Part shown: positions 27,132 through 36,105 of the stretch, one piece after another
Numbering within the stretch: the stretch's first letter is position 1
Layout: every line of letters starts with the position of its first letter
IMG/VR virus record: IMGVR_UViG_3300009131_000001
Span: 17,814 to 81,813 of that record
Strand: one strand, 5' to 3'
From: a virus
Lineage: Duplodnaviria; Heunggongvirae; Uroviricota; Caudoviricetes
DNA length: 64,000 nt
Program-made: the position numbers and the translations under genes
The notes under the pieces: model-generated
Seen by the model: the letters and a program-made list of their open reading frames with translations, nothing else
Database searches by the model: none
Told to the model about the DNA's origin: nothing

Positions 27132-29029
27132 AATGGTTTAGCCCCAGTTTCCATACAATCCTTAAGTATTAATGCCCATTCTTCAGATATATTTACAGGT
27201 ACTTCTAGTAAGGCCTCATCATAAATTAAATCTACAATTTTTACTTTCATAAAATTTCCAGTAGATACTATTTTCCTAAATAAAAGAATCATAGAATATT
27301 TAAGTACTTCAGCCCCAGTTCCTTGAATAGGAAAGTTTAGTGAACTTCTATACATATCCCCCTTAATAGCGTGATATTTCTTCTGTTCCTCTTTAGATAA
27401 ACTATTATATCCCTCTCTATTTATAGTTTCTTGTAATTCCTTTAATCTATTAATATCTGGATACCAATATTTTCTTCTACATATATTATTAAAAGTTATA
27501 TATCCATTTTTAAAAGATGTTTCTGATATATATTTAAAATAATTAGCAATTCCTGGAAATGCGGACATATAAGAATTATAAATTCTCTCTCCTTCATCTA
27601 TAGGAATATTTAAATTATTAGCAATAGTAAATCCATTACCTCCATAAGAGATAGCAAATCTAGCAGATTTAGCATTTTGTCTTAAATCAGGTCGTAACTT
27701 CTTTACCTCTTCTTCGAATATATTCTGTAATTCTTTAGGAAAACACATTTTTGCTACAAAACTATGCCCATCTCTTTTTCTAGTAGTATCTAAATAAAAT
27801 TCAGTTAATACTTTGTCTTGACATTTATTTGCAAAGATGATGTCTTCTTGACCCGAGTAGTCGCAGTCTATCAATATGTTACCTCGCTCTGGTACAAAAC
27901 ATTTCCTAGTATCTTCATCTCTTGGAATATTGAGCATATTAATATATTCTGTATGATTTGCTTTATCCTTACCTCCAGAATACATCCTACCAGTATTTAG
28001 TAATTGTCCAAAATTAGTATGAATTCTACCTGTTACTGGATTTATATGCTTATAGAAGTTTTCTCCATAAGTACTTAATTCCTTTTGAAGTTCTTTATAT
28101 TTGATATATATATTTATTATAGGATATTCATTTGCAAGTTTTCTTATATGTTTTGCCGAAACAGATTCCTTTTCCTCCCCCCTTTCAACAATACTTGTAT
28201 CTATTCCTAAAATATTAAATAAATCAATAACTTGTTTGGAAGAATTCCAATTAATATTTACTCGTATTTCAGTAGAAAACAAATCTAACTGTCGGTCAAT
28301 AAACTTAGTAATATTTAGTCTTAATATTTCATTATTAAGTTCTTTTTCAATTTCTAGAAGTTTTGCTTTGGATTTATTTATTCTTTGTTGCCAAAGATTT
28401 CTATCTAATTTAATTCCACAAAACTCCAAATAAGTGATTACAGGTACAAATAAATTATCTAGTTCAATGGCTTTATAAACATCCCATTCATAAGCCAATT
28501 TCAATTGTTTTCTTTTAATTTCATGCAAAAAAGCTACATCTTTTGCACCATATATTATTACTCTATCAGAAAGTCCTTCTTTATGAATATTTCCTCTAAT
28601 AGTTTTATCTAAAGTTTCACCACAATATCTTTTAACTAAGGCATCAAGAGCCTTTCCATGTAATTTATCATCATTATTATAAAGTATTTGTTCTGCTATA
28701 TAAGTATCATAAACTTTCATAGGAATGATACCTTTAATATATAACCATCTTATATCAAACTTTAGGTGTTGCCCTATAATTAATTTATTTTCTATAAGTT
28801 CTTTATAATATTTATCTATAGGAATCTCTTGAGTATTTATTACAAACTGATTAGTTTCATCTCCTAACTGAAGTGATAAAGTCTGTTTAGTATAAACATC
28901 AAATCCAGTAGTTTCAAAATCTAATCCAATTTCATCTAATTTATTTAAATACTCTAAACTATCTTCTACAGAACACCATTTAATTTTATCACTATCAAAT
29001 AATCTTTTACTTCCTACATAATAGTACAT
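27074..29029 (-). CDS. DNA polymerase, family A (Pol I/T7 gp5-like) with 3'-5' exonuclease domain
   Basis: Exo I GLDFETTG; motif A DCDYSGQEDII; motif B RQNAKSARFAISYGG; motif C IYDEALLEV. Confidence 0.85.
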   Translation of the reverse strand: MYYYVGSKRLFDSDKIKWCSVEDSLEYLNKLDEIGLDFETTGFDVYTKQTLSLQLGDETNQFVINTQEIPIDKYYKELIENKLIIGQHLKFDIRWLYIKGIIPMKVYDTYIAEQILYNNDDKLHGKALDALVKRYCGETLDKTIRGNIHKEGLSDRVIIYGAKDVAFLHEIKRKQLKLAYEWDVYKAIELDNLFVPVITYLEFCGIKLDRNLWQQRINKSKAKLLEIEKELNNEILRLNITKFIDRQLDLFSTEIRVNINWNSSKQVIDLFNILGIDTSIVERGEEKESVSAKHIRKLANEYPIINIYIKYKELQKELSTYGENFYKHINPVTGRIHTNFGQLLNTGRMYSGGKDKANHTEYINMLNIPRDEDTRKCFVPERGNILIDCDYSGQEDIIFANKCQDKVLTEFYLDTTRKRDGHSFVAKMCFPKELQNIFEEEVKKLRPDLRQNAKSARFAISYGGNGFTIANNLNIPIDEGERIYNSYMSAFPGIANYFKYISETSFKNGYITFNNICRRKYWYPDINRLKELQETINREGYNSLSKEEQKKYHAIKGDMYRSSLNFPIQGTGAEVLKYSMILLFRKIVSTGNFMKVKIVDLIYDEALLEVPVNISEEWALILKDCMETGAKPFCPIIPLKAEPCITPYWTH

Positions 29030-29080
29030 ATATACATAAGTAAAAATAAGGAGGAATAAATCCTCCTTATAAGTTATAAT

Positions 29081-29551
29081 TTATAAATAGTTACTAAAAG
29101 ACTTAGCGGCTTCAGTAGCAAGAGTATTAATCTTACTATTAGTTGAAGTTGAATCTGCTAGTAATTTTTCATCAGTTCTTTTATCATCTAATAATACAAA
29201 GATTTGATTTCTATAAATTAATGCTCCATCCTGAGTCATTAATTCTCCATTAGTAGGATTCTTTTTAGGTTCATGTCCTTCGTATTGAGGATTTAACGAT
29301 TCAATAATAAGAATTTTACCCTCAATAGGAAATTCATTACCTTCTACAAGATTATTCTCCTGTACTAGTTGCTCAATAATCTCTGTTCTACCCGTATAAA
29401 AGGCTCTTCTTTTATCTACAGTGGCAAATCCTGTTGGAGCAATACCAAATGTGTCACATCCTATTAGAATACTTGAAAATTCTGGATTCTTACTAGTTAG
29501 AATAATAGAATCACTTTTTTCTGATTTTAAAACTTTAATCTTCTGTTGCAT
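29081..29551 (-). CDS. hypothetical protein
   Basis: 156-aa ORF. Confidence 0.45.
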   Translation of the reverse strand: MQQKIKVLKSEKSDSIILTSKNPEFSSILIGCDTFGIAPTGFATVDKRRAFYTGRTEIIEQLVQENNLVEGNEFPIEGKILIIESLNPQYEGHEPKKNPTNGELMTQDGALIYRNQIFVLLDDKRTDEKLLADSTSTNSKINTLATEAAKSFSNYL

Positions 29552-29556
29552 TTTAT

Positions 29557-29856
29557 TTAATTTATTTTATGAGCCATAATTATATCACCACTATTTTCAA
29601 CTATTTGAATAGTTCTAATGTACCATTGAGATGTTGAATTAAATTCATCAGATAATTCCCCACTAAAAGTATTAAAGTATTTATAACTTTTATCTAATAC
29701 ATTTACTATCTGCATACTAGTATCATATTCAAGAGATTTAATCATATCTCCGACTTCTACATTTGAATCTGTATTAAATGAATATTTTTTCGCCTTACAA
29801 ATATCTTTATTATTTGTAATCTTTGAATTTGTGTAAATCACTAAAATTGTTTTCAT
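29557..29856 (-). CDS. hypothetical protein
   Basis: Co-oriented ORF. Confidence 0.4.
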   Translation of the reverse strand: MKTILVIYTNSKITNNKDICKAKKYSFNTDSNVEVGDMIKSLEYDTSMQIVNVLDKSYKYFNTFSGELSDEFNSTSQWYIRTIQIVENSGDIIMAHKIN

Positions 29857-29861
29857 TTTAT

Positions 29862-30245
29862 TTAATTTTTGTTATTAATCAATAATAGTCCTTGTTTAAT
29901 ACCTTCTTCTAAAACTTCTTCATAAGTATTCCAAACACCTCCATCATTAGGGCCATCTCCAATCTGACTCCACATTATATTTGTACCTCCTTCTGCTTTA
30001 TTTAAAGCATAATAATATCCACAAGCATTGTTTTCAATTACTATATGGATATTATGAACTTCTCTCAACCATTTTTGAAGTAAACTTTGTGTACATACAG
30101 CATATTCTGAATCATCTTCTGAATTTTTCCAGGATTTAAATGTTTTGCTTAAAATCCCACCTTCATAAGAATATTCACACATTTCATCAAATCCTTTTTC
30201 CTTAGCTAATTTAGCTACTTCAAAAGATATTAAAGTTTCTTTCAT
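29862..30245 (-). CDS. hypothetical protein
   Basis: 127-aa ORF. Confidence 0.45.
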   Translation of the reverse strand: MKETLISFEVAKLAKEKGFDEMCEYSYEGGILSKTFKSWKNSEDDSEYAVCTQSLLQKWLREVHNIHIVIENNACGYYYALNKAEGGTNIMWSQIGDGPNDGGVWNTYEEVLEEGIKQGLLLINNKN

Positions 30246-30247
30246 AA

Positions 30248-30571
30248 TTAATTAGTTTTATATTTTATTTCTTTAAATATAACACCTGTTTTATCCTTTC
30301 TACATAAAGGGCTACATATACCATATGTGGTAATACTACACCTACCATAATATGTACATTCTGGACAATAACTGCCTTTAATTACTACTATTTGTTTACC
30401 ATCTTCTTCATACTTATACCCAATAGGAAGATCAAGGTATGTAATATCAAATTTATATTTCGCTTTTTCTTTATAACACATAATGATAACGCAAATTCCC
30501 ATTCCTAATATTATACACATACCTATTAATAAAAATGGTTCATTAATAAATTCAATCAGAATTTCTTTCAT
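30248..30571 (-). CDS. membrane-anchored Cys-rich protein
   Basis: N-terminal TM helix PFLLIGMCIILGMGICVIIMCY, then CPEC...C...C. Confidence 0.45.
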   Translation of the reverse strand: MKEILIEFINEPFLLIGMCIILGMGICVIIMCYKEKAKYKFDITYLDLPIGYKYEEDGKQIVVIKGSYCPECTYYGRCSITTYGICSPLCRKDKTGVIFKEIKYKTN

Positions 30572-30573
30572 AA

Positions 30574-30846
30574 CTAATTTATTAAATTTGCAAAAACATC
30601 ATCATATATTTCATACCCAAGTCTTTTATGCTTAAGTATATAATCAGCCTCTTTAAGTGATTCATTTTTAGTTAATATCTCACTTAAACAGGTAATAGGC
30701 CTAGTACACTCATCTAAGAATGCTATTGCTTGACCTTCATTGGAAAATACCCTTCTTGAGTTTTCTGTCATATCTAGGTAGTTTCCAATGTGATCTTGCG
30801 TTATTTTCTCAGGGTCTGCATAGTAATGTACTGTTACAATTCCCAT
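30574..30846 (-). CDS. hypothetical protein
   Basis: Co-oriented ORF. Confidence 0.4.
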   Translation of the reverse strand: MGIVTVHYYADPEKITQDHIGNYLDMTENSRRVFSNEGQAIAFLDECTRPITCLSEILTKNESLKEADYILKHKRLGYEIYDDVFANLIN

Positions 30847-30872
30847 AAGTTTTTAAAATTTAGTTAATATTA

Positions 30873-31070
30873 CTAAGGTTTAAACCCTAATTCTTTAAAT
30901 GTCTTATCATTTAATCTTTTTGTCTTAATATGTCTAATGACAGTAACTAAGAATTTAAGGCTAATACTAAAAATAGCCCATACAAAAAGAAAAAGGCATA
31001 TAGCCCAAAATACAAAACATACAAAACTTCCTAAGTTTTCCATGTTAAAAGTCAATAATAATTCTCCCAT
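30873..31070 (-). CDS. small membrane protein
   Basis: SFVCFVFWAICLFLFVWAIFSISLKFLV. Confidence 0.4.
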   Translation of the reverse strand: MGELLLTFNMENLGSFVCFVFWAICLFLFVWAIFSISLKFLVTVIRHIKTKRLNDKTFKELGFKP

Positions 31071-31096
31071 AATTTATATAAAGTTTAGTTCTGGTT

Positions 31097-31276
31097 TCAG
31101 TAAGTATCACTCTTTTCATACTTAACTGCTGAGATGAAAAGAATGCCAATAAGAATGAATAAAGAAGGGATGATATAAGCATAGTTACTATCTACCCCAT
31201 CCTTAATCATTGCAATAAGTGTGAGTATTCCAAATAGGAATATTACAACCCCCATAAAATATCCAAAGAATTTCAT
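31097..31276 (-). CDS. small 2-TM membrane protein (59 aa)
   Basis: Hand translation gives MKFFGYFMGVVIFLFGILTLIAMIKDGVDSNYAYIIPSLFILIGILFISAVKYEKSDTY. It is below the track cutoff. Confidence 0.35.
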   Translation of the reverse strand: MKFFGYFMGVVIFLFGILTLIAMIKDGVDSNYAYIIPSLFILIGILFISAVKYEKSDTY

Positions 31277-31401
31277 AAAGTCAAGTTTTAAATGTTAATA
31301 ATTAATTAGTTAGAAAAGAAAACCCATCCATAGAATATCACTATTCAAAAGATGGGTTCATTATTGTTTGTGGTTTCCTATACTTAGGAATTTATAAGAA
31401 G

Positions 31402-31510
31402 TGGCAAAGGCAGGATTTGAACCTGCAATTTGTAGCCTTGTAGTGTCATTGGGGCTACATCGAGAAAACACACTAAAACTCTAAGCGTCTACCAATTCCG
31501 CCACTTTGCC
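31402..31510 (-). tRNA. tRNA-like gene with an oversized central region. The acceptor, D and T arms are Leu-type (type II), but the anticodon/variable region cannot be folded canonically.
   Basis: Minus-strand GGCAAAG-TG-GCGGAATTGGTAGACGC...GCAGGTTCAAATCCTGC-CTTTGCC-A has a perfect 7-bp acceptor stem and a 5-bp T stem. GTGGCGGAATTGGTAGACGC is identical to the bacterial tRNA-Leu D arm. The 58 nt between the D and T arms exceed the ~35 nt expected for type II. A 7-bp stem TGTAGCC/GGCTACA is present. Confidence 0.5.
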
Positions 31511-31555
31511 ATAAAATAAATCCCTACCAATTTCTCAATTAATAGGGATTAAATG

Positions 31556-32416
31556 CTATTTATTCATATTCATAATAATACCTTGTCCAGAACCTAGCAT
31601 TGTTTCTGGCAATTTACCATTCCACTTTTGAATCCATTGTTGTTGTACCAATAAGGCATTTAAAGTAGTTTGTTTCAATCTATTAGCTTCTGCTTCTGCT
31701 CTAGCAATTGCAAGAAGTGCTTTAGCTTTACCTTCTGCTTGCGCTACTTCAATAGCTGCCTGTGCTTCAGCAGTTCTCTTTTCATTTTCAGCTTTTTGCG
31801 CTAATTGCGTTGCTTGTACTTTACTATTAAGAGCCTCTTGAACAGATTGCGGAATTCTCACAGAACCTATTAAATATAGATTATCTATAAATATTCCACT
31901 AGGCATTAGTTGATTTTTTACTATAATTTTTACAGTATCAATCATTTTAGACTTTCCTGCTCCATATACAGATTCTACAGGCATTGTAGAAGCTACTTTA
32001 TTTAATGCATCTCTGATTGAATTCCTAACAACTACTGCCCTAATTTCATCAACCCCTTTTCTATAAGTTTGAAACATTTTAGCAATACTAGCTTGTTCAA
32101 AATGCATTGAAACTCCTAAATCAGCAGAGCATTCCATACCTTCAACTGTCTGAAATACAAACTGCTCATTAGCAGGAGAGCCTTCATCTGATGAAGATGT
32201 ATACGTATAGTTTACCTGAAATGTAGGAAATGTAAATAATTCAGTATTAATTCCGATATAATATCTACCGGGGCCTACTACTTCATCATCAACTCCTTTA
32301 TCAGAACCTAACATATTAACCTTAATTCCTGCATAGCCAGATTCTACCTTATCCATACAAGATGTAAAGAATGTTACGCACATCCCAAAAACTAAAAATA
32401 AACTTACTTTTCTCAT
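31556..32416 (-). CDS. SPFH/band-7 (prohibitin/HflKC-like) lipoprotein
   Basis: Signal peptide plus lipobox FFTSC. The SPFH core is ...VVVRNSIRDALNKVASTMPVESVYG.... The C-terminus is an Ala/Glu-rich coiled coil (AEAQAAIEVAQAEGKAKALLAIARAEAEANRLKQ) typical of band-7 proteins. Confidence 0.65.
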   Translation of the reverse strand: MRKVSLFLVFGMCVTFFTSCMDKVESGYAGIKVNMLGSDKGVDDEVVGPGRYYIGINTELFTFPTFQVNYTYTSSSDEGSPANEQFVFQTVEGMECSADLGVSMHFEQASIAKMFQTYRKGVDEIRAVVVRNSIRDALNKVASTMPVESVYGAGKSKMIDTVKIIVKNQLMPSGIFIDNLYLIGSVRIPQSVQEALNSKVQATQLAQKAENEKRTAEAQAAIEVAQAEGKAKALLAIARAEAEANRLKQTTLNALLVQQQWIQKWNGKLPETMLGSGQGIIMNMNK

Positions 32417-32423
32417 GATATAA

Positions 32424-32672
32424 TTAAAATTTAAAATTTCTTGTCATAATTGTTATTAAATATTTACCTAAATGCAAAGTGTTCAATATCCCTAATACTA
32501 GCCCTAGTATACATAAAGTATTACTGGGATACGAGATCAGAAATGGCAATATTACACCATACATCAATGAAATATTAACTAGCAAATAACAAATAATTGC
32601 TATGATGTTAGTATGAAATACTTGTAAAAATTTCTTCATATGGTTAAATAAAAAATCCAGCCCTATCATCAC
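32424..32672 (-). CDS. small polytopic membrane protein (possible NfeD-like partner of the SPFH protein)
   Basis: Two or three TM helices, with its stop 7 nt upstream of the SPFH gene. Confidence 0.45.
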   Translation of the reverse strand: MMIGLDFLFNHMKKFLQVFHTNIIAIICYLLVNISLMYGVILPFLISYPSNTLCILGLVLGILNTLHLGKYLITIMTRNFKF

Positions 32673-32716
32673 GACAGTACTGGATAAAAATACAATTACT
32701 AATTAATTAATCTAAA

Positions 32717-33184
32717 TTACTTCTTGGTTACAAATTTGCTAATCTTATATTCCCAATCAGAAATTTGCTTCTTCAAACCTTCATTGGCCTTTTCATTTCT
32801 TTCTTTAGTCTCTTCAATAGATTCTTGGAAATCTACTCTAGCCTTAATAGCCTCAGTAAACTGTTTATCCAAATCTTTTACATACTTTTTTCTAGACTCA
32901 ATAGACTGAACTCTATCCAAATCCATTTTCATAAAAGCCTCATCTTCTTCATGCTTAAGTTCTTCTAACTTTTCTTCAGCATCTTCAAGAAATAGATCAA
33001 GTTTTCTATTATTCTCATCAATTTGAGAATTAGCTTCCCTAATCTGACCTTTGTAATGCTTTACTAGTTGATGTACTTGAGCTCCAAGTTTACTATCATC
33101 ATCCACTTTAAGAAATGATTTAATCTTAGCTACTACTACATCATACATTGAACCATTGTTTACAGATTCTACATTCTTTGACAT
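32717..33184 (-). CDS. coiled-coil protein
   Basis: 155 aa, charged and heptad-rich (for example LDLFLEDAEEKLEELKHEEDEAFMKMDLDRVQSIE). Confidence 0.5.
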   Translation of the reverse strand: MSKNVESVNNGSMYDVVVAKIKSFLKVDDDSKLGAQVHQLVKHYKGQIREANSQIDENNRKLDLFLEDAEEKLEELKHEEDEAFMKMDLDRVQSIESRKKYVKDLDKQFTEAIKARVDFQESIEETKERNEKANEGLKKQISDWEYKISKFVTKK

Positions 33185-33214
33185 AATACAAAAGTTTTAA
33201 TTGTTTATAAAAAA

Positions 33215-34936
33215 TTAATTAATCTTACTTACAAAATCTGGAAATAAAGAAAACTCGGGTTTTTCTTTAACACATTCTTCAAAAGTTAATGGGTTTTTAA
33301 GTGCTGATTTATCAATATCTGAATCATTTCCTTTCTTAGGTTTAAACCACCATTCATTTTTATATCCAGTTAAATCTAACCATTCTTCGAATGATACGAT
33401 ACTCCTATATGCAAAAGAATCACAGAAACTTCTTCTATTCAAACCTATGTGAGTGTCTTGCTTAAACACATTCCAGTTTACCCCTTTAGACCACAAATTG
33501 GTATAACCCAATTTGTTACTAACAAAATCCCATTTTTCTTGTGTATCTACATGTACAGCGTCATAATCAGATAATGATTTTTTTGGAATATGTTTAATAT
33601 CTTTTGGAAATAATCCATCTTCTTCATAATGTATTATAGGTTCTTCTTTTTTATTTTTAGGATTCCCGTGCTTATCTATTTCTCCTTTTATCCATTGAAT
33701 TTGTTGTTCATTAGTAAAAAAGTTATCAAATATCTTATCTTTAAAAGGGCATGAGTCATCAATACATGATAATCCACTACAAAAAGAACAATCCTTAATG
33801 TTTAGTCTTAAAGTTTGTGATAGACAGGTATTTTCTTTTTTATTACGTATAAACTCACACAACTCTTCAACACTTTTACCACTTTCTCTGACAATAATAC
33901 TAGGATCATTATTTTTAACAGCTCTAGTTATTGTAGTGGATAAATCATATTGTTTAGGATTAGGTTTAATTGATTCTGTAATTTCTTTTGGTTTAGTAAC
34001 AGAATCTATTTCTTCTTGGGTTGCAGGTCTTGAATTATATTTATCAAACCAACCTGAAAAAGTAGGATACTTTGCATGCATTAAATCTGTCTGAAACTTA
34101 CCGTTTTTTTCATAAGTTAATTTAACAATATCTCCCTTTTTATGGGTGCTTCCATTAAGTACAACAATCCAATCTCCTACTTTAAATTCAGGCGTTTCGT
34201 TAGTTTTCATTTCTACTTTATTAGGAATTTTATCTGGATGATTCTCTGGAAGATATTGTTGAATTTCTTCTAAAGAAACTTCTTTAAAATCTCTTTCAAT
34301 ATCAATTATAGCTCCATTACTAGAATTAATTTTATATTTACTGTTATGAATATACCCAGTATCAGTTATAAAGTTATTATTTCTAACTTCTTTAAATTTA
34401 ATAATATATTCACCGCATCCTCTACATTTATACCATTTTCCTACTATAAATTTAGAATCTGAACTAGTTTCTTTTACTTCTGGAGTTGAAACAATCTCTG
34501 CCCATTTATTTGATTGTACACCAAAATGCTTGTGATAAAGATTATTATTAACATACGAAAATATACTAGAGGAATGCTCTACCCTGAACTCAATGTTCTT
34601 TGGAATTATATATGCATTATTAGTGACTAAACATTTAAATTTAGTACCAATAGTATATCTTCTTTTTGCTTCTTCAAGTAATTCCTCTTTAGATGCTTTA
34701 CTCCAATCTTTTTCTGTTGTAGTATTAATACCTAAATCTGACAATGTTTTTTCTGGTAAATCGTAAGTTTCAGAATCATTTAATGTATAGGTACTATTCG
34801 CAACTATAAAATATGGCCAAAATATACCATAACTATAGTTATTGCAACAGTTTAATTTATTATTAATAGCCCATGTTTCACATAATTCACTTTCTTCTTT
34901 TGAATTACATTTAATATAAAAATCTTCCATAATCAT
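33215..34936 (-). CDS. Large Cys-rich hypothetical protein. It shares a domain with 36106..36723 and the HYEEDGLFP motif with the terminase.
   Basis: 573 aa. Cys clusters KCRGCGEY and CSFCSGLSCIDDSCPF. Contains PIIHYEEDGLFP. Confidence 0.55.
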   Translation of the reverse strand: MIMEDFYIKCNSKEESELCETWAINNKLNCCNNYSYGIFWPYFIVANSTYTLNDSETYDLPEKTLSDLGINTTTEKDWSKASKEELLEEAKRRYTIGTKFKCLVTNNAYIIPKNIEFRVEHSSSIFSYVNNNLYHKHFGVQSNKWAEIVSTPEVKETSSDSKFIVGKWYKCRGCGEYIIKFKEVRNNNFITDTGYIHNSKYKINSSNGAIIDIERDFKEVSLEEIQQYLPENHPDKIPNKVEMKTNETPEFKVGDWIVVLNGSTHKKGDIVKLTYEKNGKFQTDLMHAKYPTFSGWFDKYNSRPATQEEIDSVTKPKEITESIKPNPKQYDLSTTITRAVKNNDPSIIVRESGKSVEELCEFIRNKKENTCLSQTLRLNIKDCSFCSGLSCIDDSCPFKDKIFDNFFTNEQQIQWIKGEIDKHGNPKNKKEEPIIHYEEDGLFPKDIKHIPKKSLSDYDAVHVDTQEKWDFVSNKLGYTNLWSKGVNWNVFKQDTHIGLNRRSFCDSFAYRSIVSFEEWLDLTGYKNEWWFKPKKGNDSDIDKSALKNPLTFEECVKEKPEFSLFPDFVSKIN

Positions 34937-35069
34937 TTAGTTAAAAGTTAATAAATAAAATAGAATATAATACTTAACTACAATTTAAAACAAGTATTAA
35001 CCACCAATCCAATCTGTATAACCTAGAATGTTAAGTATTATACTCTATCCATTATCTCACGACAATGTA

Positions 35070-35330
35070 TTATTTCTTTATTTTAAAGAATTTATTGTAA
35101 TTAATGCATTTATCATCATCTTCCCCTTCATAGTTCTCAATTGGAAAAAATAATAGCCATCCAATCATACAAAATATAGTATTTATAATCGGAATAAATA
35201 TTATAATTATCCATATTGAGTCTGGGTCAGTACATTCCCAAATACCATTTTTACTATGTGCTAAATGTGTATGAAGCCATTGTAAATATGCAGATACTAA
35301 ATAAACTGCAATTAATATAATCCAAATCAT
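35070..35330 (-). CDS. small membrane protein
   Basis: MIWIILIAVYLVSAYLQWL ... IIIIFIPIINTIFCMIGWLLFF. Confidence 0.45.
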   Translation of the reverse strand: MIWIILIAVYLVSAYLQWLHTHLAHSKNGIWECTDPDSIWIIIIFIPIINTIFCMIGWLLFFPIENYEGEDDDKCINYNKFFKIKK

Positions 35331-35331
35331 T

Positions 35332-35589
35332 TTATTTCTTATTTATATTATTAATAAATTCCTCATTAAACCAATATTTATCTTTTAATGGTTTAAAAGA
35401 ATAGAGCATTTCCTCATAAGATATATTATGATAATAAATTAGCAACTGATGACAATTTTGAGAGTTGAAAATCCTATCAAGTAAGTTATGTCTATATTTA
35501 CAAACTTTTTTATTTCTATATAGTCCATAAAACGATAAGATCGATACTATTGTTAGTATACATAATAAGACAACTAAGATTGTGTGCAT
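35332..35589 (-). CDS. membrane-anchored protein
   Basis: N-terminal TM helix MHTILVVLLCILTIVSILSFYGLY. Confidence 0.45.
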   Translation of the reverse strand: MHTILVVLLCILTIVSILSFYGLYRNKKVCKYRHNLLDRIFNSQNCHQLLIYYHNISYEEMLYSFKPLKDKYWFNEEFINNINKK

Positions 35590-35808
35590 TTTATTTAAGT
35601 TTTAAAAGTTAATAAAAACAATATCTCCACTACTATCACAGCACTAGAGATATTTAAATGCAAATCAATACAAAGGTGCAATTAAGGAATAAACCTTTGT
35701 AGTATTTTTACTTAATACCTATTAAACATAGTATTAAGATAATTGTAATTGTGATATATGAATGTTTATTCACCCATAACTCAAACTTAGTTAGTAGTTT
35801 ATCCATAG

Positions 35809-35952
35809 TTAATCAATTACAACCATTGATAAAATATACATAACATCTTCCGCAATTTCTTCAATGGCTTCTGTTCTTGAAGTGGCTTTAACTTGAATGT
35901 TTAAACAAGGAATTCCTTGCTTGTTGATAAATGAGAAAAAATAAGTTTTCAT
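35809..35952 (-). CDS. Small hypothetical protein. The probable start is the internal MKTYFF, preceded by a conserved upstream motif.
   Basis: The ORF track entry is 35809..36012. TTAACTTTTTAAAAC lies immediately upstream of the internal Met. Confidence 0.35.
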   Translation of the reverse strand: MKTYFFSFINKQGIPCLNIQVKATSRTEAIEEIAEDVMYILSMVVID

Positions 35953-36105
35953 TGTGTTTTGTTTTAAAAAGTTAATGTTAAATATCTCAATTAGTTTAAA
36001 TAACATCACCACGTAGAGGTTTGAGATATGATGTCATTTTATACATAGTGTATCACTACAATATGTAAAGGGATTTCAACCTGTATAACCTATTTATGAA
36101 AAAAT

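Noticed and set aside
31402-31510. Group I intron inside the tRNA-like gene
   Set aside because: The surplus is only ~20-25 nt, far below any group I intron. The anomaly is kept as an oversized tRNA-like molecule rather than an intron-containing tRNA.
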